From positions 16,678,001 to 16,742,000 of the forward strand of contig OZ024751.1 of the NCBI GenBank assembly GCA_964016885.1: a stretch of DNA of 64,000 bases. Reading direction: 5' to 3'. The stretch comes from Eledone cirrhosa (lineage: Eukaryota). Made by a program: the position numbers and the translations under genes. The stretch's first letter is position 1; each line of letters begins with the position of its first letter. The notes under the pieces are model-generated. The model was given only the letters and a program-made list of their open reading frames with translations, was not told where the DNA came from and ran no database searches. Shown in pieces: positions 26,896 through 40,660 of this stretch.

Positions 26896-28232
26896 AAGCA
26901 ACTCAAATCATATAGAGCTGTATTAGCACTACCAACACGCCATACAAATAAGATGAATAATGGTAATGTTTATGATTTAGACACAAGGCCAACATTTTGG
27001 GGAAAGGGCAATTCGCTTAAATCGACCCAGTGCAGCATTGGTACTTTATTTTATCGACCTCATTGGGATGAAAAGTAAAGCTAACTTTAGTGGGATTTGA
27101 ACTAAAACCGTAAAGGACCATAACTGTATGTCACAAAGCATGTTGTCCGACGCTCTACCGATACTGCCAATCCACCTCTTTAAATAATAATGGTTTCTGA
27201 TTTAGGCACAAGGCCAACACTTTTGGGGGGAGGAAAATGTCGATTAAATTGACACCAGTGAATTACTGGAGCTTTAGTTTATCGACCCCATAATGATGAA
27301 AAGCAAAACTAACCTTGGCAGGAATTGAACTCAGAACGTAAAAGGGCCGTAACTATGCCGCGGAGCAGAGTGTCCGACGTTCTATCGATACTGCCAGTCG
27401 ACAATAATAGATTTAAATATTGGTCACAAGAACCCACAACAGTAAAAAGGGATAATGCATAGATAAAAACCCTCCAAAAGTGAGGAACAATAAAAGGATC
27501 AGTCACATTCATAATTGGATTATATCTAGCATTATGAGTTCAAAAGGGCGGTGGATTGGCAGAATCGGTGGAGGGTCGGCCGCCATACTTTGCAGCATAG
27601 AGTTACGTTCTGCCGAGGTTAACTTTGCCTTTCATCCTTACGGGGTCGAGAAAATAAAGTACCAGTAATGCACTAGGGTAATTGCTGGCGTTATGCCAAA
27701 AGTAGAAAGAATCATTAGTTCAAAAGAAAATGAGAAGTCGGATTTGAACGTATAGCGAGGGAACAAATACCGTAATGACTTATTATTCGGTGTTCTAACG
27801 TTTCTGTCAAGCCACTGAGCTCACAGATCAATAACTTATCAATACCAATGGAAAGCTGTATACACTGGTAAGAAGAAATCAATATATACGCTCTTATATC
27901 TACAGAGTTCCATTCTTTCACAGGAAACGATAGAAAAAATAAAAACTTTATAGAAAAAAATAATTAAAAATACCTTTATATGGCAAGGCAACTAACTCTA
28001 TGTAATAATATTTTAGTTATTTCCCTTTGATAAATAATTTAACTTAATTTTACATCTTTTATTTGAAATATGAAAAGGACATAGTAGCATGGTCCGCCTC
28101 TAAGTCGGGCGTGCAATGTGGCAGCATGCTACTACGTCACTCTCTGGGTCAAAAACATAGCACACACCTTTTCTTTGCTTCCTTCCTTAAAGCTTACCAT
28201 CATTCCGTTGGTATACGTCTATTACACAATTT

Positions 28233-28290
28233 ACACCTGATGAGATCACCGGGTTCTTACGCAACCTGGCCACTGAAACGTGCATAGTGT
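28233..28290 (+). ncRNA. Type I hammerhead ribozyme motif (family E, imperfect stems)
   Basis: ACAC-CTGATGA-gatca CCGGGTT..AACCTGG ccact-GAA-ACGTGCAT-A-GTGT. Confidence 0.55.
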
Positions 28291-28346
28291 TTATAGAAAT
28301 AACAAATTAAGGAAATTCAATGTATTTGGCCCTCTGCCATTTCACT

Positions 28347-28424
<78 letters not shown>

Positions 28425-28558
28425 AAAATATTCAAGACTCCGACGACTGAGCTCCGGCCGTTTCGACAGCTAGATCCGTCGGGGTCCTGACTATTTTCCT
28501 ATTACCCTCTCTAATGCCCTAGGTATCGAGTACTCTTGTTTCTTACCACACTTTCTTG

Positions 28559-28594
<36 letters not shown>

Positions 28595-28635
28595 TTATTT
28601 ATTTAGTTATGTAATAAACAACATAAGATAATTAT

Positions 28636-28693
28636 TTCATTTACCGGTGGTTTCTTGAAAGCAGATATATCTGTTTTCAGTCGTCAGAATGAA
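28636..28693 (-). ncRNA. Type I hammerhead ribozyme motif (family F)
   Basis: Minus strand: TTCATT-CTGACGA-cTGAAA a CAGATATATCTG c TTTCAa-GAA-ACC acc GGT-A-AATGAA. An inverted mutated copy (CTGACCA) lies at about 29158-29217. Confidence 0.75.
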
Positions 28694-29409
28694 TAAAACA
28701 TGGTGTTTTTATTAAATATGGATTTGAAAACAAAATATAAGAAATATGAAAGTGAGGCCTAGAAAACAACGGGCTAAGAAGAAGAAGAAAAAGAATACAT
28801 AAATATATATAAAAACAATAAATATATAAACATACACACACTCAACCATTTTTGACATTATATTTTTTGTTCTTATTCATTTATTTATTTATTTATTCTT
28901 ATTATTTCATGTATATGTATGTTTATGTATTTTGTCCATGTCTGTAGATACATATACATTTATGTGATAATGTATACGTCTACGTACTTTTTAAGTATTT
29001 GCGCGTGGTTGAGTGTGTGTATATTTATATATTTATTGTTTTTATATATATGTATGTATTCTTTTCCTTCTTCTTCGCCCGTTGTTTCCGCAGCCTCACT
29101 TTCATAATTCTTATATTTTATTTTCATATCCATATTTAATAAAAACACCATGTTTTATTTATTCTGACCACTGAAAACAGATATATCTGCTTTTAAGAAA
29201 CCACTGGTAAATTAAATAATTATCTGATGTTGTTTATTACATAACTAATAAGCTCTGTAGCCTACATAGAGCACTCTTTTTTCCTGTACCTTTCCGACGG
29301 AATTACTTCATATATATATATATATAGTTGTTATATAGTAAGGTGCATTATTGGTTGTGTAAAATGGTCCAATAACTTTATGTTAACAACATTAAGTTCT
29401 CCACGCTTT

Positions 29410-29497
<88 letters not shown>

Positions 29498-29832
29498 TGG
29501 ATCGTTATAATCAACTTATTCCTTCCAAATCCATGCACAAGCATGATCACAGTCTTATCACTGACACCTTTGAAACACTAAACCAGTAATACGGTAGAAA
29601 GGATTGGGAGAAATGGAAATATCCGAATCATGAATAAAAACAGAATTACTCATCGTTTATCTATAAACAATTGTTGGATGGTAATATTATCATGATATGT
29701 CATTCTGTTTGATGAGTGTATATATAAACACTCACATGCGTATTCCTTAGTTTGTATCATATTTGAGGCAAATATAATTTCTCCTGAGGTTCAGTTTCGC
29801 TGATTCGTGTAATCGAATTACACTCCATATAT

Positions 29833-29963
<131 letters not shown>

Positions 29964-30078
29964 AGTAAAACGAAGATGGATGAGTTGCATACCGTCGAGT
30001 GCTTTACTCTCTTGACTATACGGGATGACCAGTTCTATCCAGTGGTGAACCAACAAACCTAAATGAATATATATATAT

Positions 30079-30138
<60 letters not shown>

Positions 30139-30193
30139 GACGTAAAATAAGAAAATTTTAAAAATTAAAAATTAACATACTTACTAACATTTT

Positions 30194-30277
30194 CACTTCT
30201 ACTAATTAGTTTCTGTAAGGGAATAAATATAGTTACGCAATGCAACTATAGAGAAGTCCTTACGTCATCAGGGTGTC
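30194..30277 (-). ncRNA. Type I hammerhead ribozyme motif (family G)
   Basis: Minus strand: gacacc-CTGATGA-cGTAAGG..CCTTACa-GAA-ACTAATTAGT-A. Perfectly palindromic stem III; stem I is eroded. Confidence 0.6.
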
Positions 30278-32387
30278 TATTCTCAGCTAAGTTCCCAGGC
30301 AATGCGCGGACACTAGGAACCCATATACAAATAATAATTCAGTGGATGGAACAAAGCTAGCGGGTACTAAATTCCAGGGCACTGAAAAAATTCACTGCCT
30401 ACTTGGTCAGTGGCAAATTCTAAAGAATCAATCACGTGAAACTGAGGTTAATCAGTGAGGAGTGGGGTGGTATTATGACAAGAGCCTAACTACTACCATG
30501 AACCATAGCAGTAAATTTTGGCAAGTTTCGTTCAACAAATAATTTGGAGATAAATATAGAGAATTAGTATATCTACCAACATATGTATCCAGATGTATAC
30601 CCATGCTAGCAAATATATATGTTTTGTCTTAGTACCTTTGTGGTTCTATGCAGGGGGGTGCAGAACAATTATATGAATGACGTAAAATAAGAACATTTTA
30701 AAAATGACGTAAGGACTTCTCTATAGTTGCATTGCGTAACTATATTTATTCCCTTACAGAAACTAATTAGTAGGAGTAAACATTTTAGTAAGTAAGTTAA
30801 TTTTTAATTTTTAAAATTATCTTATTTTACGTCTTTCATATAATTGTTCCTGCATAGAACCACAAAAGTACTAAGACATAACATATATATTTGCTAGCAT
30901 CGGTATACATCTGTATACATATGTTGGTAGATATACTAATTCTCTCTCTCTCTATATATATATATATACATATGCGGGTGCATACGGACACACAGATATA
31001 AATGATTTTATTCAACATATTCCCCTCTCAGATTCACACACTTGTTGCAGCGGTCCTTCAGCTTTTCTAACCCCTGGAAAAAGAACTCGAAAGGTTGGAC
31101 TTCCAACAAGACCTCTATAGCAGCGATCAAGCCAGGAACTTCTCAGCATCCCCTCGTGTATATACATATATATAGGAAAATGTTTGACCCCGACGGCAGA
31201 GCTCAAGCCGTTTCGACGGCTATTTCTGGACGGCTATTCCAGAAATAGCCGTCGAAACGGCTTGAGCTCTGCCTTCGGTGTCAAACATTTTCCTATTACC
31301 CTAAGTATTGAGTACTCTGGTGCGTTATGATCCATCTGGTTCCTTACCACACCTCCTTCGTTATATATATATATATGAAGGAATCTGTATCCCACGGATG
31401 AGCTCCTGTCGGTTCAAGAGTTAGATCCGAAGTAGCTGACCAGAACAAAATTCTAAATGCTGTCTCACCCCAGGAGGCTCATCAGCTTGGTTATTATCCC
31501 AGTTTCCCTGGCATGAATCCACTGAGATTACACGACTTCCCCTTGGAGACGACGCCAGTTCATCCCAGAGTTAAAACCCCATCTATTGCTGGTACTCATC
31601 TTCAACATGAAATGAAGTGTTTTACTCTTGATCAAATCACACCACCCAGTCTAGGAGTCGAACCCACGATATTATGATCGTAACTCCAACACTTTTACCA
31701 CAAGGTCACGTACACCTAGGTATAAACGAAATGTGTAATAGCGTATAAATCATCAGGGTAGTAAATCACTTATTCTCACTTTGTTAAGCTATTATGGTCG
31801 TGCTCTCCATAAGGACATTATGATCGTAAGTCCAACACTTTTACCCCTAGGCCGCGCACACTCAATGAGATTTGTAACAGTGTAGAAATTCTCAAAGTAG
31901 GATATCACTTAGAGTTATGTTGTCAATGTGTTACGTTGTTGCGGTCGTGCTCGTCATAAGACCATTAAATAATAAAGCTGGCTCTAGTGTTGGAGTTAAC
32001 AATATAGGGCAATCGTTATAAATATGATCACTATTGTTTTCTTATCTCAGTGCAGCTGCTGATACATACATTACCACTATCACCACCAGCGCCGCCGCCG
32101 CCACCACCAACACCAGCACAATCACTACCACTACCATCACCCTTACTATCACCACACAAAAAAAAACAAAAAACAACCACTGCCACTATTATCACCTCTA
32201 TCAGCCCCCATCCCGCCCTCCCGCCATCCACACTATCATCACTATCGCTCCTCCGTTACCACCACCAACACCACCACCATTAATACTGAGAATTGAAGTA
32301 TTGCCAGGGACCATATGTACGTAAACACATATACACAAGTGACAGTATATATGATAAATATAGCAATACGCATATGACCGTGTATAA

Positions 32388-32421
<34 letters not shown>

Positions 32422-32683
32422 TATATGTTTGCGTGTGTTTGTGTAGATGTACACACACACATCTGAATACATACATGTCCAAGATATGATTGTTTTTATA
32501 TGATCAAAAGAGAAACGTAAATATACGTTACGTAAACATCAACACATCATTTGGCAGCTGATCTGAGCCCATACCTCGGTCACACATCGCCCAATATGGC
32601 CAGAGATAGAAAACGGTGAAGGTCAACCGGGGAGGATTCCTCAAACAGGAGTGAAAAGGCCCTGGGTTTAGATACACAATATA

Positions 32684-32731
<48 letters not shown>

Positions 32732-33917
32732 ACATTTTGCTCTGGTACTTACATAGAGCAGTCTTCACTCATATGACTTTTTCAATTTTCAACGGAAACT
32801 TCAATACTTTTATATACACTGTCCTGAACACCACGGTAAGATTTAGTCTCATATGCATGCATACATACATATATTTTTCAGAAATTCAGCATGTAATAAC
32901 TGCATATAGATGTACATGTATATGTACAGAAATACATGCACATGCATAGATATAACTCAAAACATACAGATCCACACCTGCAATAAAATAACACCCATAC
33001 TTGTACACACATACAGACATATACAGCCACACATACGTATTTACTTAGTTAATGTTGTCAACATTCCAATGGAGGAGTCTTGTGTCTGTTAGAAACGGAC
33101 TCTCTCTCTCTATTGCTGAACATATATAAAATAATTGGAAAAAATGAAACGAAATTTCATTTCCCACTCTTAGTACGGCTGTTGCTTAAATATAAGTATG
33201 TACACGTACATACATATATGTATACAGACGTACAGTAGTATGTATATATATATACATACATGCACATATATATATATATACGTATGGATTCACCGAACAT
33301 TTATTATAATGCTCGGTGTGTTTGTAGACAAACATCCCGTATTAAGCCGTACATACTTATAAAATAATTGTTTCTACTTTAGGCACAAGGCCAGCTATTT
33401 CTCCAGTGCATTACTGGTACTTTATTTTATCGACCCCGTAAGGATGAAAGGCAATGTTAACCTCGAAAGGATTTGAACTCAGATCATAAAGGGACGTAAC
33501 TCTATGCTTCAAAGCATGGTGTCCGACCCTTCAGAATATACATACATACAAACATACATACATACATACATACATACATACATACATACATACATACATA
33601 CATACAGGCATACATACATACATACATACATACATACATACATACATACATACATACAGACAGACAGACAGAAAGACAGACAGACATACTGAGTTCAGAT
33701 CCAGACAACTTCGCCTTTCATCTTTCCGCATCGATAGAATATAGTACCAGTAAATTACTGGGGTTGATTATATATATATATATATATATATATAGTTTAT
33801 GAGCTTTCGATTCCAGAGTCGCTCTCGTTCAATACTGATTGCACCTTCAGCTGATCGATCGCAAAACGTCCATCATATGTGTATAAGCATAATGTTGCTT
33901 TAATGATACTGTTCCTA

Positions 33918-33985
<68 letters not shown>

Positions 33986-33986
33986 A

Positions 33987-34019
<33 letters not shown>

Positions 34020-34084
34020 TATATTTCGTTTCTGAATTTGTTTAGCAAGATTCTTTATCTGAAATCGTGTGTTGAAACCGATAT

Positions 34085-34602
34085 TGTTATACTTTGGGAG
34101 GGTCATGTTGCCAATAAGAAACACACGCACCAGTTGCTTTCACTTCAATTTAATTTATTATATATTTATAAATTTACAAATTTATAAATTTCTGGTTGGT
34201 TGGTTGGTTCCACAACCAGATAGTTGTTTATATATATATAGTCATAGTTCTTTCGTCACACACTCTGTGACCTCTTCAGTGACTGGGGATTTCTTTCTTC
34301 GTTTCTGTGCCTTTCCTTTCTTCTATCCTACGCCATTTTGTTTGTGTGTGGGTTGCGTGCTCAGTTTGCGCATGCGCCACATCCGGGTGTCTGTGTGTGT
34401 TTGTGTTCATTTTTCTACAGAGTGTGTGACGAAAGAACTATGACTATATACATATAAACAACTATCTGGTTGTGGAACCAACCAACCAACCAGAAATTTA
34501 TAAATTTGTAAATTTATAAATATATAATAAATTAAATTGAAGTGAAAGCAACTGGTGCGTGTGTTTCTTATTGGCAACATGACCCTCCCAAAGTATAACA
34601 AT
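34085..34602. mobile_element. Inverted pair of Penelope-like terminal fragments ending TGACCCTCCCAAAGTATAACA
   Basis: 34085-34267 is the reverse complement of 34418-34602 and contains the family H hammerhead; relative at 48632-48797. Confidence 0.7.
34240..34284 (-). ncRNA. Minimal type I hammerhead ribozyme motif (family H)
   Basis: Minus strand: AGTCA-CTGAAGA-g GTCACA gagtg TGTGAC-GAA-AGAACT-A-TGACT. A degenerate relative lies at about 48755-48797. Confidence 0.7.
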
Positions 34603-34605
34603 ATA

Positions 34606-34703
<98 letters not shown>

Positions 34704-35213
34704 CATGTGTATATATTTATGCGCGGGGACATAGAAATAATCAGGCTGGACACCCGATCGCGCGGTTAAACTACTGGGAGTGAAGGACCCCTAGCCATTG
34801 TCAGGGCATTCTTCTAGGAGAAGGCAACTCAGGAAACTGGGATAACTCCGACATAAAACCTGCAGCTCAGTAGTTACCGATGATGTTGATCTTTTCTTCT
34901 TTTCAGGTTATAGCTACTGTCGCTCAGAGAGTGGGATTGGCTCAGTGCACAGTCTTTCCTGACTTAAAAAAAAATCTTCACGCACAGGCATTGCACGATA
35001 GCATTAATTGATAATTATTAATAATGTTATATCGTGCAATGGCCATACTCGATAACGAGGGGGCAGCCATCATATATATATATATATATACAGGCTCTGT
35101 AAAGTCATGGAGTGAGTGGAAATTCGACGTCGAGCTTAAACAAATTCTATTTGTCTGGTTCGATAAATTTATATATATATATATATGTCTAAATGTATTT
35201 GAATGTGTGCGTG

Positions 35214-35258
<45 letters not shown>

Positions 35259-35272
35259 ATTTGAATTGCATC

Positions 35273-35329
<57 letters not shown>

Positions 35330-35333
35330 TTGA

Positions 35334-35392
<59 letters not shown>

Positions 35393-35934
35393 CATACATA
35401 CATACATATATATATATATATACACACATGTAAGTACGTGTGTGTGTGCATTAAACATTTAAGTAAGACTGTAATTGAATATGTAAAGGTGTCTGTGCTG
35501 ATGGAATCATTGAAACTTCGCTGACAGTTGCTAAGCTTTCATGTAATGTATCTATGACAAGTGATTCTGGTGGAGATATTATAACACAGTATTCACCTGG
35601 ACGTTATAGATCTATATACTGTAATAAATGACACACCTAACATCCCACCCACCGTAAACCTCTCGCTTACTCAATGGTTAGATCAATCAGCCAGTATCTG
35701 AAATATATTAGATTTGATTCCTCTAGCATGCGCTGATCACTTTTTTCCCAGCTATTGCAATATTTTACCTTATTTTCTATATTATTATTCTAAATGGCAA
35801 TGAGCAGTGGAGTGTTACGTTCCTTTACGTTCTAAGTTAAAATCCCACCTTTGTACCAGCAACGTACTGTGATCGATTTTTTCGCCCCTCTCCCCACAAA
35901 AAAAATTGGGCTTAGTGCCTAAATTAGAAAACAT

Positions 35935-36520
35935 TTTCATGCTTTCCAGCATAGTTACGTCCCTTTACGATCTGAGTTCAAATCCCGCCGAGGTTGACTT
36001 TGCCTTTCATCCTTACGGGGTCGATAAAATAAAGTACCAGTAATGCACTGGATAATTGCTGGCCTTGTGCCTAAAGTAGAAACAATTATCGGTAAGGCGG
36101 TGGATTGGCAGTACTGGTAGAGGGTCGGACGCCATGCTTACCAGCATAGTTACGTCCCTTTACGGTCTGAGTTCAAATCCCGCCGAGGTTAACTTTGCCT
36201 TTCATCCTTACGGGGTCGATAAAATAAAGTACCAGTAATGTACTGAGTAATTGATGACCTTGTGTCAAAAGTGGAAACAATAATCGGTAGAGGATCGGAC
36301 GCCATGCTAGGCAGCAAAGAGTTACGGCCGTTTATGATCTGAGTTCAAATCCCGCCGAGGTTAACTTTGCCTTTCATCCTTACGGGGTCGATAAAATAAA
36401 GTACCAGTAATACACTGGGGTTATTTGCTGGCCTTGTGCCAACAGTAGAAACAATTATTACTACAGGAGGAAAGGCGGTGGAGTGGCACTATCGGTAGAG
36501 AGTCGGACACCATGTTTTGC
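35935..36520 (+). mobile_element. Head-to-tail array of the dominant tRNA-derived SINE
   Basis: Three consecutive copies plus a fourth head, each with GAGTTCAAATCCCGCCGAGG and ending GAAACAAT. Confidence 0.9.
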
Positions 36521-36877
36521 TAGAAACAATTATTTCTAGCAACCAACTGAAGCCTACCGCGAAAAGTGTCGGAAGTGGACTAGGTTTCAAAACTGGGACG
36601 CGTGACATTCACTGTAAAACTGCTGACTGTCAGACTGCAGACTACTAAAAGTTGAAGGTCAGATATGTATGTTTACTGCCCAGCTTAGTTGAGTGGTGAC
36701 AATCAGACTGCAGACTGTTAAAAGCTGAAGATCAAATGTGCCTGTTTACTATCCAGCGAAGGCGACATAGGATGGTTGCATGGGGTTTGGTTAAACTTGT
36801 GTTTAAGGCTGGCAAATACAGAGTATATATATATATATATATTTTTTTTTTCTTCATCCCCCGATTGAACCCGGGAT

Positions 36878-36968
<91 letters not shown>

Positions 36969-37008
36969 CACACACACATATATATATACAGTATATATAT
37001 ATATATAT

Positions 37009-37139
37009 ATTGTTTCCGAAGAAGACGGTAAGATCGAACCCATATATTATGTTTGATAGTATAGAATTCTATAACTGCTATAGATTAGTCAATATATCGA
37101 TATGATCAACCCTCTGCTCTGAAACGATCGTAAAACAAT
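37009..37139 (+). ncRNA. Hammerhead motif with mutated core (CCGAAGA) and long stem II insert (family K)
   Basis: ATTGTTT-CCGAAGA-AGA..(about 90 nt)..TCT-GAA-ACGATCGT-A-AAACAAT. Perfect 7-bp stem I and palindromic stem III. Confidence 0.6.
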
Positions 37140-37989
37140 GAATGATATATGTAAAATAATTTGCTTTTGTTATTGTTAAAAAACTATTATATATAATATA
37201 TATAAAGAGTCGGGACCCCGACGGCTGAGCTCCGGCTGTTTCGACAGATACATCTAGCTGTCGAAACGGCCGGAGATCTCAGTTTGGCTCCTGACTCTTT
37301 TTCTATTACCCCTTCTACTACCCTAAGTAATCTGGCGTATTATGGTGCACCTTGTAGCTTAACGCACCTTCTTTGTTATATGTATATATACATAGTACCA
37401 CTGATGATGTTGCAACGAAAGAATTTTGTTAGAATATATATATATATATATATATATAAATATCTATAAGTCGTTTGGAAGCCTCGACAATGCAAATGGG
37501 TAAATTTCCGGGTAACAGGTCCGGTGGTGGAGAGAGAGATGTAAGTGGGTGTACGTTGAGATGCGTGGTGTGTATAAGATGTGTGAGATGTGTAGAATGA
37601 AGGGAAGAGTAAAAGGATAAAAATAATAATAACAACACAAGAGAGAGTTACCTTGGGAGAGATTTAATAGTCCCTATATATTTCGGATTCACATCCATCA
37701 ACTGGGGTTTTTTTCCGGGGTGGGGGAAAAGGTTGTCTGTCGGACAAGTCCGGAAGGCGTCTTTCCCTGTTTGCTGATTTGAATATATATATATATATGT
37801 ATTTATATCTGTATTTTTGATCGTTGGTTTGGTCAATTAATGATAAACATTGATAGCCGAATGAAGTAACTATGGTGATATAAAAGATACAGAAGCGAAA
37901 ACCAACCAAACAGTGAGTGTGTTCTGTTATTATTTCTGGCAATATGATTACAACAATATGACCCTCGCCAAATATAACCATATATATAT

Positions 37990-38036
<47 letters not shown>

Positions 38037-38123
38037 ATAATAATAAATTTGAAGACTAAAATCCAAAGAGGGCTCCATAAGGATAAATATATATCAAATA
38101 TATAAGAACCGTAGAGCAAATAA

Positions 38124-38226
<103 letters not shown>

Positions 38227-38759
38227 TATATATATATATATATATAAGTATGTATACGTACATACAGACGTACAGTAGTATGTATATATATATACATACA
38301 TGCACACATATATATATGTACGTATGGATTCACCGAACATTTATTATAATACTCGGTGTGTTTGTAAACAAACATCCCGTATTACAAACACACCGAGCAT
38401 TATAATAATTGTTCGGTGAATCCATACGTACATATATATATATGTGCATGTATGTATATATATATAGATACTACTGTACGTCTGTATACATATATGTATG
38501 TACGTATACATATTAGATTTAAGTAACAGCCGTACTAAGAGTGGGAAATGAAATTTCGTTTCATTTTTTCCGTATATATATATTGGTAAAAGGAAAAAAA
38601 AATGCTGACAAATTGTTCTCAGTGAAAAATAGTTTAATTAGGAATAAGTAAAAATTAGTAATAATATTGGTTAGTATTCAGTTTTGGTTTTAAGGTTTAC
38701 CGATAGCGCATTTCTCATGCTTTTAAAAAAATAATTATTTTTTAACAGACAAAGGGAGA

Positions 38760-38805
38760 TAAGCTGACACATCTGTTTCACACTGTTGGTGATCATCAGA
38801 GCTTA
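38760..38805 (-). ncRNA. Type I hammerhead ribozyme motif (family I)
   Basis: Minus strand: TAAGCT-CTGATGA-tCAC caaca GTGt-GAA-ACA gatg TGT-C-AGCTTA; canonical GUC cleavage triplet. Confidence 0.85.
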
Positions 38806-39120
38806 ACACACGCCGATGCCAGTTGAAAATTATAGATGGTGGATTCTTATAGAATTCCAGAAATAATCAGGAACTGATTATACAGAGCGATTGCCGGTCC
38901 AGCAAAAATTGAATATTAGAACTGGTGCTCTGAAATAGCGATGTATACATGAATATATATAGAGTATATTTGGTGGTAGGGTCGGTACCATAGATTGGTA
39001 TACTACCAATAAAGCTTCTAACTTCATTGTTTCCAAAGAGGACGTCCTGATCTATACATTAGGTCTGATAGTGTACAGTTATATAACTGTTATAGATAAG
39101 ACAATATGTCAATATGATCG

Positions 39121-39169
<49 letters not shown>

Positions 39170-39175
<6 letters not shown>

Positions 39176-39802
39176 ATGTTGAAAAGGTAACACACTAGAG
39201 AGAGATAGTGCGCCATCAATAAAACAGGGAAAAACCACGAGTGTATGGAATCTATAACCTATGAAAGGCAGGGTAGACACACAATAATAAACAATATAAA
39301 TTAAAATGCATATACGTACCTCTATAACTATATAACACACACAAACAAATCCAAAGAGATCTGTTTCACCAACAAGTTGTTCACTGAAATGGAATAGCCT
39401 ATGGTTTATCAGCGTGTGCAAGGCTATACATTTCAGACAACTCTAAGAGAATTTAAAGCGACCGTCCAGCTACACGTGGGAGAGAGACGTCACAGCGTGT
39501 CTGAGGAACGAGCTGCTAGAAAGGGTAGCCCAAAACCACTCAGAGAAGTGTGCTCAACCAAACAGAGAGAAAGAGAGGAAAGACTGTTATAAGGAACGAA
39601 ATATCACGATAAGTTAACGGAGCCACAGACTCTCGCTATTTCCTGTCAATAATGTGCTCAAAGGAAAAGGAATCCCGGGGTCTTTAAAATACAATATGTT
39701 GAAAAGGTAACATACTAGAGAGAGAGATAGTGCGCCATCAATAAAACAGGGAAAAACCACGAGTGTATGGAATCTATAACCTATGAAATGCAGGGTAGAC
39801 AC

Positions 39803-39810
<8 letters not shown>
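39170..39810 (-). mobile_element. Partial tandem repeat (520-bp period) between (TA)n tracts, Penelope-like
   Basis: 39171-39290 recurs at 39691-39810; the unit contains the family L hammerhead. Confidence 0.65.
39337..39419 (-). ncRNA. Hammerhead motif with G8A core change (family L)
   Basis: Minus strand: GCACACG-CTGATAA-ACCA..TGGT-GAA-ACAGATCT cttt GGATTTGT-T-TGTGTGT. Confidence 0.55.
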
Positions 39811-39870
<60 letters not shown>

Positions 39871-39956
39871 ATATATATATATATAATTATATATATATAA
39901 ATATTTATGTATATATACATACATATATACTTGCATATGTATATATATATACATGC

Positions 39957-40002
<46 letters not shown>

Positions 40003-40419
40003 TATGCATATATAATATCACAGATATCTATGATTGAGCATGTGTGAGACTCAATGTGTACCAAGCGACACCAACGCAGTTCACATGATACGGATATTGA
40101 AAACAAGTTGACGTAAATCACGTTACGCATTACTTTCAACTTTTGACCTGAGAAACTTGCTAAAATTAAATCAATTTTAGTTTTAAGATTGAAGCTCCTT
40201 TAGTAAGCTTCATATCAGTTCGAGATTAATGCTAAGCGACAATATACGTCTATACATTTAGATATATACATATAAAATTTAGGACAGTGAGCAGTCATGT
40301 AACATGGCTAGCGATTAGAGATAAGGATTCCGATTCGTAGGGGACCATTCCAGTTTCAGGTAAGTAATCGAAATTTATTTGTAGTGGAACTAAATATATT
40401 TTCACCACGTTTTTAAAAG

Positions 40420-40660
40420 TGTTGTGTGTGGGCACGCATCAGCCCATAGCTTCCCGACTCATAGTTATCCGCTGCATGCGCTGGTACGGACATTTCCTAC
40501 GCTTTTCCTCAGATCATCCTACCAGGCCCTTACTCTCGTTCGACCCAATGGCTGCAGGCTTGGAGGATGCAGACGTGCTGGCACGGGACCGCCAGCGATG
40601 GAAGGCGCTGGTGGACCTGGTCGGCTCTATGCACGACGAAGCTTTGGGATCGCAGGATAT
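40420..40660 (+). pseudogene. RTE-clade LINE C-terminal fragment
   Basis: RCMRWYGHFLR..DHPTR..LARDRQRWKALV; the RGRP segment is missing. Confidence 0.7.

Noticed and set aside
35495-35545. CTGATGG-aatcatt-GAAA hammerhead-like string
   Set aside because: Core mismatch, no stem I and no valid NUH site.
36095-36185. Possible tRNA genes (A and B boxes)
   Set aside because: These are SINE heads, always followed by the SINE body, with no proper cloverleaf.
37395-37435. CTGATGA-tgttgcaac-GAAA motif
   Set aside because: Intact core words but no stem I partner or proper cleavage triplet; at most a truncated relic.
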